Origin: Gonapodya sp. JEL0774
Taxonomy: Eukaryota
DNA length: 64,000 nucleotides
NCBI GenBank assembly: GCA_027604505.1
Contig: JADIIX010000016.1
Location: forward strand, 124,001-188,000
Direction of reading: 5' to 3'
The position numbers were made by a program, and so were the translations under genes. Of this stretch, positions 41,611-53,700 are shown piece after piece. The notes below the pieces were generated by a model. That model saw only the letters and a program-made list of their open reading frames with translations. It had not been told where the DNA came from and searched no databases. Position 1 is the stretch's first letter. Each line of letters begins with the position of its first letter.

Positions 41611-42578
41611 ATGTTCATTATCGGACTAACAGGCGGCATCGCTACAGGAAAGTCCACTGTCTCGAAGATGCTCTCTTCTCTCTCCCCAGAGGATGGTGGT
41701 CCTGTCTCAGTTATCGATTTGGACCTCATCGCTCGGGACGTGGTGAGACCAGGAATGCCCGGCCTTCGGGACATTGTAAAAACATTTGGAACGGAGATTC
41801 TCACGGACAAAGGAGAAATGGACAGGCCGAAAATGGGGAAGATTGTGTTCGGGGATCCAGAAGCACGGAAGAAGATCAATAAGTGCGTACGTGATTCTAT
41901 GATTGACTTGGGTGCCACATTAGGCACATTGTTAATTCGAGTGCGTATGCTGCGTTGTGATTTGAGGCATCAAGCATGAGGCTGGACATGCTCGGTGGAA
42001 AGCACCTTGACTCCTTGTTCTGGAAACCGACTGACTGAATTTACCTGCGATCTGACTCGCTGGTTTGCTCGTATTAGATGCACACATCCCTACATTCAAA
42101 GAGAAACACTTCGTCAACTGCTGGGATGGTACATATCAGGCGCGCGATTGGTTGTCGTTGATTCTCCCCTCCTGTTCGAAGCCAAACTCGGCATGGGGAT
42201 ACACTTAAAGGTTGTTGTATACTGGTGGGCCCTCGATAATCTTATAATTCCTTACGGTTTGAGTGCTCACCCGCAAATTTGGTTCTGCACAGCCCCGCCT
42301 CAGTGCAACTTGCACGTCTAACCGCTCGGGATTCATCCACACCAGAAGCAGCGCTTCAGCGTATGAACGCCCAAATGCCTATAGAAGAGAAAAAGGGTCT
42401 GGCGGACGTTGTCATCGACAATTCTAATAGCGCTGATGATACTCTCCGCCAGGTGAAGGACTTAGTCCGTAATCACAAACCTGGATTCATGTCTACGTTG
42501 GCTTGGTGGTGTGTTGGCGCTGGACCGGCTTCCGTAGTTTGGGGTGTGCTCACCTTACTGAGGTGGGCAGGACTGTAG
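41611..42578 (+). CDS. CAB5: Dephospho-CoA kinase
   Basis: P-loop 'IIGLTGGIATGKSTVS', 'IDLDLIARDVV', 'DRPKMGKIVF', 'THPYI', 'DSPLLFE', 'RMNAQMP', 'ADVVIDN', C-terminal hydrophobic tail. Confidence 0.96.
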
Positions 42579-42681
42579 TCATTCCGAGTTCAGTATTTTT
42601 TCTCAATACAATCATGGATTAAATTAGCTCTTGCATATCTGTCTAGCGACCTGTATCTCAATTCTCCGTACAACACCGTCT

Positions 42682-43408
42682 CTAATGTACGTTGCCCGTA
42701 AAGTGGTTGGGTGCTAAGATATCGTGAGTCGATCTCCTCCTTTTGGCGAGCTCAAGTGAATGCTTTTCCGCCACACACATGTGGAGGTCGAGCCACTGTG
42801 GTTTTGAACCGGCGAAGGTTTCGACTGTCTTTGCAAGCTCAAAGACTGAGTCATCTGACGTCACAAAGATTTCAACGAGCGGCTCGGGATCGCTCTCTTC
42901 AAGTGGTGCATAGGAGCTGCCATCAGAATTCTCGGAAATTCCGCTCTTCTTGGGAGTTTTGGGTTTGGCTTGTGACTTTGAACCAGTTTCCAATTTGGGC
43001 GTCGGGGGTGGCGAAGGTAAAGATATCACTTTCGCAGCCGACCGGGTTCGGGGTCCGTTGTAGGTACTCGGAATGCGTAGACGTGGTGGGAGACTTTTAC
43101 TTTTATTGACATTAGTTTTCTTGATCGTCATGGTGGAATGTGCAAGGAAAGAAAAAGGAGTGCGAGTGTCTAGCAGGGACTGTAAATGAATCAGGAATGT
43201 CGAACTGGGAATGCGACAAAATCGAGGAATGTCGAGCCAGGAATGTGACGAAACGAGTAAATGCGCGGGGAGGTAGCAAGTGTCCTTTGAGAGTCAGTTG
43301 TGTTGATGTATTTGCGCTGTAGTGCCACTCTTTTTTCTGTATTGTGAACTCATGGTGCGAAGACTTCGCTTTCCATTCCTGCCAAAATTTCTTGTTGCCA
43401 CTGTCCAT
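42682..43408 (-). CDS. Hypothetical small basic protein
   Basis: Two adjacent minus-strand ORFs (43112..43408, 42682..43131) fill the gap between genes; no recognised motif. Confidence 0.4.
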
Positions 43409-43490
43409 ATATTATTTACAGAGATGTCCTACGATGGATGAGTAAGTTGTGGCGGCGTATATGTTACGGTCCCGAGAATGAGATAAGTAT

Positions 43491-45015
43491 TTACGCAATG
43501 CTTTCAGATGCGTTTGCGCCAGCTCCCGTTCCGCCAAGCAAACCCTCAGTTCTGATCGTCTCACCATCCACAGCATCTCCTGCCGACATAATGGTCCCCC
43601 GATCTTTTTGTTTGGTTAGCACCTCGATGACAACCTGAAGGTCCGCGATAAACTGAGCGATTTTATCGAGCTGGTCAAATGTGTCAGTGGAGGCGGGAGT
43701 GCGGTTTTGGAGGTGGGCTCGGACGAGTGCGAAGAGGTTATTCGTGGCCCTCAAATTGCGAGTTGCGTTTGATCTTGAGCCCACAAGGAGTTCGAGAGAA
43801 AAACATATCCAAATCTAAACTCACATTTTGACCTGGCCTATTAGTAGCGATTTTTGCTTTGCTGTTCGGGAATGATCATCTAGCGAATTTTGTAGTGCCG
43901 CGGTTCGCCCTTGAGAATCCTCAAGTTTCTTTTGCAAACGAGCCAACTGGTTGTTGTAGTTCAAGATAACTGTGTTCTTACTCTACCATGCAGTTGTCAA
44001 GGAATGCTGAATGACGTAAGTGACGGCATCACAGAATCGTTTGCCAATCGTACCTCGGTGGCTTTCGCGAATTCTAATCTGAGCTTTTCATTACGTTCCT
44101 GCGCCATACGTGCCCGCTCGAGTAGTTCCAGATTGGTGGCCGAGAGAGTGTCGTATCGCGCAATGATGTCCTTTATTTCCCCGAATTCGTCCGTGGTCTC
44201 AAGAATTGATTCCAGATACTGTTGGAAAATTTGGTCTTCGCAATCAGAATGGGAACCAAATCCATGCCAATTTCCTAAGCGTAAGCTCTATCATCAACGT
44301 GGTCATTGCAGTCTCGCGCAGCTTACTATTCTCCACTGCTTTAATCTGTCTTTCTCGCTGCTTCCCCAGTGCCTCTACAGACTCCTGTAATCGTTCAATC
44401 TCCTGGTCTTTCTGTTCTCGCAACTTCTTTTCATCAAATGCCTTCTTTATAGCGCGGGCCCGTTTCGCGTCGTTTTCCTGGCAGGGTAATTGAGAACACA
44501 TTAGGCGCGCTCCCGGGCATAAGCTCATACTACAGCGCCTCCCAAGTCTACTCCACGTCTAGAAACTCTGCTCTCTCAACATTGATCGGCTTTATCATAA
44601 CTTCGGCGGTACACCGTCAGTCACCATCGTCACTTACTTTCAAGAACTTGTCAAACTTGGTCAAACTCTCTTTCAAACTCGCCTCCTTCCTCGCGAGCTC
44701 CTCCCTTCGTTGAGCAAGAGCCTCCATCTTGACGGCGAAGTCTTCCTTTTGTGTCACCAGACCGGATTCCACCTCGAGCATTTCTCGACGCTTTTCCAAG
44801 AGTGTGAGATCTCCCGTCTCATCCTGGTCCGGGGCAGATCGGTCTTTGAACCATTCGTATAATAAATGAAGGATGTCTTTGGGATCTGTGCGATAATCCA
44901 TCGTGGTGAATACGTCCCAAAGCGAGAACTGGAGATGCACAAAGTGATCGGCGAAGCGGGGTCGATCGCAGGTTTCCTCTCAAAACTACAAGCCCTCGAT
45001 GGTGTAGTCAGTCAT
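43491..45015 (-). CDS. CCDC42/CFAP73-family (DUF4200) coiled-coil flagellar protein
   Basis: 'TLLEKRREMLEVE...LAQRREELARKEASLKESLTKFDKFLK|ENDAKRARAIKKA', 'IIARYDTL', 'ATNNLF', 'DTFDQLDKIAQFIADL'. Start uncertain (45015 or ~44901). Confidence 0.85.
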
Positions 45016-45165
45016 TTGATTTCTTGTTGCCTGATGGAAATTGAGAACCGGCAAGGGTTTTGGCGGGGTAATAGGTAATCTTCGCATGTGAATCCTACAT
45101 TGTGGCCCGGTCCCTCTGCACATATCCCGGTCCGTTGGTCAGACAGAACCAATTGATTCTGAGCC

Positions 45166-47050
45166 ATGTTCAAGCAGAAGTCCGCAAATCGGGGGGCAGC
45201 GACTGCTGGAAGCGTGAAAATTGGATTTTCGGGTCAAGGAGATACCTCTGGTCCAGCGCTTCCGCGCCTATCCTTCTTCACCGAGTATCCCTCAGACGAA
45301 ATCACCGCGCTCCAGTTCGAGACCTGGGCTCTCGATAGACTCCAGGTTCTCAAATCGATCGAAAACGCGCTCCTTCGTACTAAGTCTGAGGTAGAAGTCC
45401 GACAGCATGTCGCTCAGATGATGGAGAAGTACCTGCCACTCTCGAGAGCTGAGAAGTCAGGATTCAAAGATCTTTCGTACGAGCGACGCAAGGACCTTGT
45501 CTCCCATCACATTCTTCGTCTTGCTTTTTCCCGTACGGATGATCTCCGCGCATGGTTCCTTCGACAAGAGGTCGCTTTGTTCAAACACCGATGGGAGCAG
45601 TGCTCTGCAGATGAACGTACCAACTTCGTCGACTCGCTTAAACTCGACCTCCATCCTGTATCACCGGAAGAGCGCCGCATCCTTGAACCTTCCCTTCGCC
45701 AGTGTGATTCCCGTTTCCTCAACAAGGACCAGCTAGGCGGGGATCCATTCGTCGATACGCAATTTTACAAAATCCCGTGGACAAAAGTCCTCGAACTTGT
45801 CGCCACTCGTCGGGTTTTTCTCCACCGGGGTCTTGCTTACGTTCCGTCAGACCACATTCTCTCCTTGGTCGTCTCTGAATATCGCGCCTACCTCCAACAA
45901 GCTCTGGAGACCACCGCCCGCGCCCTTCCCCGAATGGACGAAGATTCGCGACTGGCACCTGTTTTAGTAAATCTCGGTACCCAGCACAGCAGCAGACAGG
46001 ACTACTCGGCTTCCAATGCCTCGTTAGCAGGTCAAATTACTCACGCGGATATCGATAAGCTCGCCACCCAGCACTTCTCCCCTTGCATGAAATCTTTGCA
46101 CATGGCCTTGAGAAGGGTAAGTCGTTCATCATCATCTGCACAGTGTCCCCAGCATTCCAATCATTTGGATTTTAGGAGGGGCACCTAAAGCACTTCGGTC
46201 GCATGCAGTATGGGCTCTTCTTGAAGGGAATCGGTCTATCTCTGGATGAAGCTCTCATCTTCTGGCGCCAGGCGTTCAAGACGAAGACCGACGAAGAGTT
46301 TCAAAAATCTTACTCTTACAATATCAGGTGCGTTTCCTCGGGCATGGTTGTGTTGCAAATGATCGACAGTCCATGATTCGCCTTAACAATGTCCTCAGAC
46401 ACAACTACGGCCGTGAAGGCAAGCGGACCGACTACACTCCGTACTCCTGCTCTAAAATCATCACTTCGAACCGACCCTCCACTGGAGACCACCACGGGTG
46501 TCCGTTTCGCGACTTCGCACCTGAGAACCTCCGCTCTCTCCTTGTCAACTTTGGTTTACCTGAGGGGTCCACCCCGCAGATCCTCCAACTGGCCAAGGAT
46601 GGTCACCCTGAAGTCGCGTGCACTAGAGTGTTTGAGATAACCCATGGGGTAGCTGGAGGAGGGGACGGGGCGGGCAGAAGCCTTCATGGGACGACCGGTC
46701 TCGTGGAGACGATTGGGCACCCAAACCAGTACTTTGAAATGAGCTATGAGATGGCCTTGCAGAAGGCTGGAAACAGCAAGAAGGAGGATGTTTCTGAAAA
46801 TGTGGAGGGCTCAGTTGCAGATGTCAAAGAGGGTACCCCAGCGCATTCCGCTCAGGGCAGAATTTCATCGCGATGGTCAAGAGGTGGGCAAGGGAGGAGC
46901 GATTTCAGAAAATCCGGCGCGCAAGTACCTCAAGATTTGCGAGAAGTTAAGGTCGAGACTAAAGAGGCGAAGACCAACGACGACGCAGAGTTTGACGATA
47001 TGGACGCAGATGAGATGGCTGCAATGGTCGACAGTATGGAAGTCGAATGA
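45166..47050 (+). CDS. PRI2: DNA primase large subunit
   Basis: '[12 protein letters not shown]', '[15 protein letters not shown]', 'FSPCM', '[18 protein letters not shown]', '[18 protein letters not shown]', 'DHHGCPF', 'HPNQYF'. Confidence 0.97.
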
Positions 47051-47138
47051 ATGATATTCTATTGATTGTGTACCAATAGTTCAAGATTGACTTCTAAAAG
47101 TACGTAAACTAGTCGCCAACATTCAAGCGAGTGCATGT

Positions 47139-50045
47139 TCATATCTGAATGGCAATAGACGACTCTCGGTAGAGAATCACCGGGTTTGTAACGCCTGCCA
47201 CGGAGACGGTCGTGAAGGTGCCGGAAAGAGTTTTGCCAGATTCCACCATGACGACAGAGTAGGTTCCGGGCGAAGGCACGTAACCCGCGGTGAACTCCAC
47301 AATCAAACTGCCGCCTCCGATGGTGGCGCTGCCTGCACCCACTACGTGAATTTTGGATCGAGGACTTTGACTGCTAAAGACAACCCTCAGGGTACCGTTT
47401 GCGGTCTGTGCAAAGCCAGTGACTTGGACAGCCTCGGTCACTGTCAAGACCCCACCATCGACATATACCAATCCACGCCCCAAAGCGTACTCTGAGCCCG
47501 CTACGAGAGTACCACCAGATACCAGGGTTCCCCCACTCCACGAGTTCTTTCCAGTGAGTGTCAACTGACCCGTGCCATTTTTAACAAAGAGACCTCCTCC
47601 CGAAATGTCGTTCTTCCAAATGTCTTTCGCACTGAACGATCCGTCGGCGCCATTCATTGTCACTGTGACGTCACCTTCAAACGCGCCGAAGCCATCTGCA
47701 GCGTCGAAGAGGTTGATGCGGCCCCAGCCCTCCTCATCATCCATAAGTGGATAACCTGACGGGAAAGCAGTAGTCTTGAGCACCACCCTCCGTTGATCCG
47801 CGGTAAGGTATGGGAACCGGGTCTCGAGAAGCACTTCTGCGCTTTTGGGGACGTTTGCGGGAACACCCGATGGACCGACCTTCGGAAGATTGTACGTTGC
47901 GCGGCGAAAGTACTCGGCTTTGTTAGTAGCCCAGTCTGCGAAACGATCCTGTATGTAGGACTTGTCAGCGTCGCTCGGATCTTTTAGTTCAGCTCAATCA
48001 AACCTGACCTTTGATAGATCCGAAGTGTGTGCAGCTGCATAGAAAGTGTCCCAATCCGTCAACCCTAAGGCAGTCATGAATGCCTGGCGAGCCTGTGCGA
48101 CTGCGGCTGGCCCTTTTCCTGCGGCTCCACCCACGGCAATGTTGGACGCAGCTGTAGCGTGTGCAAGGATCCTACCGCCTAAAATTTGGAGTCAAGTTTA
48201 CCATCGAACCGTCCAACTAGTTCTCCACAGAACCGCCGACTTACCAATAACATCCGTTGGGCTGTGCATACCTGCAAATATGCGACTCTCTCCGAGTTCT
48301 AGTGCACGCGCTAGCATTTCTTGGAACCGAACTGGGTTTGCGTACGCAATGGCAATAGCTTTTCGAACCCCTTCGGCTGTGTGACCACTTGGCTGCCCAC
48401 CTGAGAGAATGAGAATAAATTGTGTCTCCAGGACTTGACCAAATTAAGATAAGACATAATAGAGTCCTCACCATCCGTGGCGGGCGTCGTCGAAATAGCG
48501 GGTACGAGTTCTGGCAGCACTGAGACAGACTTCGTCCATCGGAACGGACGAGCATACTTGAAAAATCGCTTCGTAGGCTCAGTGGACGCTGATCCGGCCT
48601 GACCGTTCACGAAATCGACAACGAGCCCAAATGCAGTGTTCGTGGCTGATCCAACACCAGGGTCATTTCCAGCATCGCTGTAGGTTTGGTTCAGGGCGTT
48701 GGGTCCTATTTCCGTGATGGTCGTCGTGAGTTGGGCAAGACTGCGGTAGAGATCTGTGAGCGGACCCATTCCATCTGACACAGAGTAACCTTTGTTACGT
48801 CGATCGTCAAGGTATGCAAGCAAACCCTGCGCGGGAGTGCGAGTGGTTGTATGATTCACCACAACCCGCAAGTTTGCTTCGTGAACCACGGCGTTTAATA
48901 CTTTGCCATCAGTAGCATCGCCTGGAATGCCTGTCCAATTTGATGGAGTCACGGCAGGACAGGCGCCATTCGCAGGAAGAGTAATTCCCGCGTCCACTAA
49001 AAGAGTACTCGGTTGCCAGATATCAAGAAACTTGGAGAGGACTCGAACACCAGCGTTGGTGCCTACAGTGACGAAGCACGCATCGTCGCGGCGATTTGTA
49101 GTCCAAGTATCGACATAGGCAACTATGTTGGAATTGACCGGAGCGGTTGCCGGTACTCCCAGTCCCGTTGGTTTAGCAGGAAGTTGGACAGCTTTTGTAG
49201 TTGCAGTGCTGTTCATTCAAGTCATTCCATCAGTGAAGTGGCATTCCCTGTTGAAACACAACACATACGAAGTAGTTTGTGAGAGGGCAGAGGGTTTTGT
49301 CGTTGATGTCGTTGTGATTTTGATGGTTGCTGTGATCAATCTGGAGCGTTACTGAGATATCAGCAATTGAACGATCCTTGTTCAAACAAATTCGCCTACG
49401 TGGTGGGTTTGGAGACAGTAGTTGTGTATTCAAAGTTTTTTGGGACGAACTGCCGGAAAGCAGAGTGGCAAATGTATGAAAGTGAAGCAGAATGATTGAA
49501 TTCTCGCGGAACTTTCAGAGCGATTCATACTGGGGGTCCCATCGCCACTCACATCAATGCACTCAGCACCTATGTTCCAGTACTTCAACGCAAGCGGGAA
49601 GCTAGCAAGGGTTCCATAATCCACAACTTTTCCTCCTTTGACCTTCACGCCATATGCGATCGCGAGGTTCGGGCAGATGATTTGGTCTGAGTCCAGCAGA
49701 TCATCGCACTCCAACTCCGCCCAGGCTTTACGTGTAGCAGTGTCATTGAGTTTTCCCCATGTCCTAAATGCACACGCACCAATGAATGCAGAATCTGTGA
49801 GGTGTGGCACAACGCTACTCACCATTTGTCCGGTGGTGGGTATACAACGCCGAACTGCTGCTGTACATAGTTGCACCACTGTTTCTTTCCGGCAACGGTC
49901 GTGGGTAGAGTCACATCACTTCTAGATTGAGGTCAGTAGGTGTTTCGAGCAGCGCCAGAATGATGTTTTGTACCCACGGGAGGGGTGCTGCCGATGTGAT
50001 GCTAACGCAGGCAGCCAAAAGCGCGATTGACCCGGCGAGATGCAT
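47139..50045 (-). CDS. Secreted PAP2-superfamily acid phosphatase with C-terminal autotransporter-associated beta-strand repeat (multi-exon)
   Basis: PAP2 motifs 'KRFFKYARP', 'PSGHT', 'SRIFAGMHSPTDVIG'; 'LLETRFPYL...DDEEGWGRINLFDAADG'; repeat 'ISGGGLFVKNGTGQLTLTGKNSWSGGTLVSGGTL'; signal peptide 'MHLAGSIALLAACVSITSA'. Linkage of the 5' exons is inferred. Confidence 0.88.
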
Positions 50046-50302
50046 CACCCCGGATCTCAACAGATTCGTAGGTAGAAACTTGGTCGTGAGGATGGATCCT
50101 TTTCTTTTCCATTTGAGGAAAATGAGGATGCGCACGTGCAATTGAGTGATGGCCCCACATGCAGGTTCGATCGAGCCGAGATGCCGGACGGAGATTTGTT
50201 TTCAAGATCAGAGACCTGAAAGTCATGATCATTAATAACAAAGATAATAGGCCTAAATGCATGGAGAAATGTGCAAGTAAATTTTGGTTCTCAGAAATTA
50301 TT

Positions 50303-50402
50303 GGGGGGGGGGGGGGGGGGGGGGGGTGGTAAGAGGGTTGGGTTTTTGTTTGGGTTGGGTGTGAAAAATTAAACACACCGGCCCACCCCCAANNNNNNNN
50401 NN
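50303..50402. other. Poly-G run (24 G) followed by a 10-N assembly gap
   Basis: G homopolymer at 50303-50326; N run at 50393-50402. Confidence 0.95.
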
Positions 50403-50536
50403 GGCCGCAAGCTTGCGTTGTTCGTAGGGTTTCTTGGTCACTATTACACACTCCGGCCATCCCGCTATCTTGCTGTCGCACAAAACCTGCCAAAATAAAG
50501 ATTTTTCTCATAAAGTGCGTCAAAACTGACCCTCAC

Positions 50537-50607
50537 AACCTGTCTTCAACCTGTCTGTCTTCAATCTGTCTTATGACCTGTCTTCAATCTGTCTTAAACC
50601 TGTCTTA
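50537..50607. repeat. Imperfect tandem repeat, about 6 copies of an 11-mer AA(C/T)CTGTCTT(C/A)
   Basis: aacctgtcttc aacctgtctgtcttc aatctgtctta tgacctgtcttc aatctgtctta aacctgtctta. Confidence 0.85.
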
Positions 50608-50702
50608 TAAGAGGGGTGTTCGAAAAATATATATACAATAATTCTCGACAACGCAAACTCCCCTCGCCCTGACACACAGAGAATCAATTGTGCATTCCCA
50701 AG

Positions 50703-53700
50703 ATGTTTGGAGGCGACGATTTCTTCGACGCTTTCGACGATAAACCCTCGTCCTCTTTGACTTCGACTGGAAAAGGAAAAGCCCGTAGTGGGACAAAACG
50801 AACAGTGGAGCAGCTTGACTTGACGGACGAGAGCGATACTGTTGTGCTGGGAAGACCGGCATCTGCATCTTCTAAGCCTAGTGATCACTTAGGTGATTTA
50901 AATGGAGCCAAGCATCCTGAGAGGGGCACTGCCAAGAAGGCAAAGCTCTCTGGAGGTTTCGCTGGAGGTTTCGGACTTGGTGCAATGGAAGTAGATCATC
51001 AATTGGACGGTGCAAACGGTCACAATAATGGTGTTGAAGTCCCCGCCGACGAGGGTGGGCGTGCCGGTAAGGGCCGCCGCCTGGTTCCAGTTGCTCCGAT
51101 TAAAGAGCAGACCGTCGCGATGGACGAGTTCGAACAGGACGTGCAAAAGGACTTCGTCATCAAAACAGAGAGCCTCGCTATGGCGGCGCCGAGTGATGAA
51201 GAGGCTCATAAGCCTGTGTCGGGTACCGAGGACCGAAGTCATCCAGAAGCTAAAGGAGCTGCGACGACCACTTTGTCCGTACAACATCAGGTATGTCGTA
51301 AGTTTGGATTGTATTTTTCTTGAAAATGGTCTGGGTTCGTCCATTGACAGGAGTTGACAATGGACAACATATACATGTCGACTTGATTTTCACCAGATGC
51401 TGTTGGAGTGTCCGGACTTGGGACTCTTCAATTCTCGAATAGTATCACCTATTTAGCTCTTTTTTGGGCGTTTTGCGTACTCAAGAATCCGTCGTTCTCG
51501 ATATGACTCACATTGTGCTTTTAGGTTCGACACCAAGTCGCGGTCCCGCCAAACTACAACTACATCCCTTTGCAAAAGCACGTCCCACCTGAAAAGCCTG
51601 CTCGTGTATGGGATTTCAGTTTGGATCCCTTCCAGAAAACTGCGGTGGCATGCATCGAACGTAACGAATCTGTTCTGGTCAGTGCACACACTAGTGCGGG
51701 GAAAACCGTCGTCGCGGAGTACGCCATTGCACTGGGCTTGGCGCAGAAGCAGAGAGTGATCTACACCAGCCCCATTAAAGTGAGTTGGATGTCGTTTTGC
51801 TTGCACCAAAATCCGCTTCAATGAGCTCGAAGCACTGAACTTTTCGGTCCATTAGGCGCTCTCCAATCAAAAGTATCGCGATTTCCTTGCAGTGTTTCAG
51901 GACGTTGGTCTTATGACTGGCGACGTCACCATCAATCCCGACGCGTCGATACTCGTGATGACCACCGAGATTCTTCGCTCCATGCTCTACCGAGGCTCTG
52001 AAGTCACTCGAGAGCTTGCTTGGGTTGTTTTTGATGAGATTCACTACATGCGTGATAAGGAACGAGGTGTGGTGTGGGAGGAAACTATCATCTTGCTGCC
52101 TCGGGGTGTGCGCTATGTTTTCCTCTCCGCTACCATTCCAAATGCGTTACAGTTCGCGCAGTGGATCTGCTGGCTCAAGGAACAGCCTTGTCACGTCGTT
52201 TATACCAACTATCGGCCGGTTCCTCTGCAACACTATCTCTTCCCTGCTGGTGGCGACGGCATATTTCTCTGCGTGGACGAAAAGTCGCAGTTTCGAGAAG
52301 AGAACTTCCAAAGAGCGATTGCAGCGGTCGGAGACGGCAAAGACGATGGTGGTGACGGTAGGGGTGGAAAGGGAAGGGGCAGCAAAGGCAGGAAGGATAA
52401 AAGCAAAGGTAAGTCAATGGGGACACTTTTTTCTTGTTTCACTGGTGTCGTGGTGGGGTTTCGACACAGAAATTCTTCTAGGTCAATCTGATCTGAACAA
52501 GCTAATCAAAATGATTATGCTCAAGAACTACCACCCGTGTATTGTGTTTGCATTCTCAAAGCGGGAATGCGAAAACAACGCACTTCAGCTGTCGAAACTC
52601 GATTTCAATAACGATAAGGAGAAGATAGACGTCCAAACAATTTATGAACGAGGAATCCGATCTCTCAACGAGGACGATCGCGCGCTTCCACAGATCGAGA
52701 ACCTTCTGCCGTTACTTCAACGAGGCATTGGAATCCATCACGCCGGACTCCTCCCCCTTCTGAAGGAAATTGTCGAGCTGTTGTTCCAAGAAGGTCTGAT
52801 CAAGGTTCTCTTTGCTACCGAAACCTTCTCCATTGGACTGAATATGCCGGCGCGCACTGTGCTCTTCACTTCGGTACGAAAATGGGATGGCAAAGATACC
52901 AGATGGCTGGGTTCGGGCGAGTACATCCAGATGTCCGGTCGAGCAGGACGCCGCGGAAAAGATGACCGTGGAATCGTTATTCTGATGCTCGATGAGAAGA
53001 TGGAGCCGCATATCGCCAAGGAAATGCTGAAAGGGGAGGCAGATGCACTCAATTCAGCGTTCCACTTGAAGTACAACATGATCCTCAACCTGTTGAGGGT
53101 TGAAGATGTTCAACCTGAAGAGATGTTGCGAATGTCTTTCTTCCAATTTCAAAATGCTGCAAAACTCCCAGACTTAGAAGCTGGTATGTATGTTGGGACG
53201 GCGTTTGAATCTCCTCCATTTCGCCTCGCTGAGCTTCATATACCGCAGAATTGAATAGTCTTATCGCGGAACGCGACGCAATCTCCATTGCCGATGAAGC
53301 TACTGTAACGGCCTATCACGAGATTCAGAAAACACTCGCGGAATGTGTCCAGGATCGACGTGCGGTAGTGCATCACCCTAGCTACGCATTGCCTTATATG
53401 CAACCTGGTCGACTGGTTCGCATCAAGGTTGATACAGAAGAGTCTGAGCCAGTGCAAGATTTCGGATGGGGTGTCCTAATCAGTTATCAGAAGAAGACTG
53501 TTCAGGCAAAAGGTGGAACAGCATCTGATGCAATCGCCGCAACTGTGGAAGGTCCACGATATCTGTTGGATGTTCTGTTGCTGTGCGCAACGGGGTCCGA
53601 ACAATCGGGAAAACCTCGCCCCATTGCAAGTTCGTCCCCGGATGCCAAGTTTGAGGCATGCGTGGTGCCCTGTGTGATCGAAACACTTGACGGAATCTCG

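Noticed and set aside
45026..45041. RFX X-box upstream of the CCDC42-like gene (GTTGCCTGATGGAAAT)
   Set aside because: Only the GTTGCC half matches; the second half is not RGYAAC.
47139..50045. Bacterial contamination of the assembly
   Set aside because: The gene has GT-AG introns and is contiguous with PRI2.
50327..50392. G-quadruplex or telomere-like GGGTT sequence
   Set aside because: It lies between a 24-G run and an N gap, so it is probably a low-quality read tail.
50537..50607. CRISPR-like array
   Set aside because: Units are 11 bp and head-to-tail with no spacers, there are no cas genes, and the context is eukaryotic.
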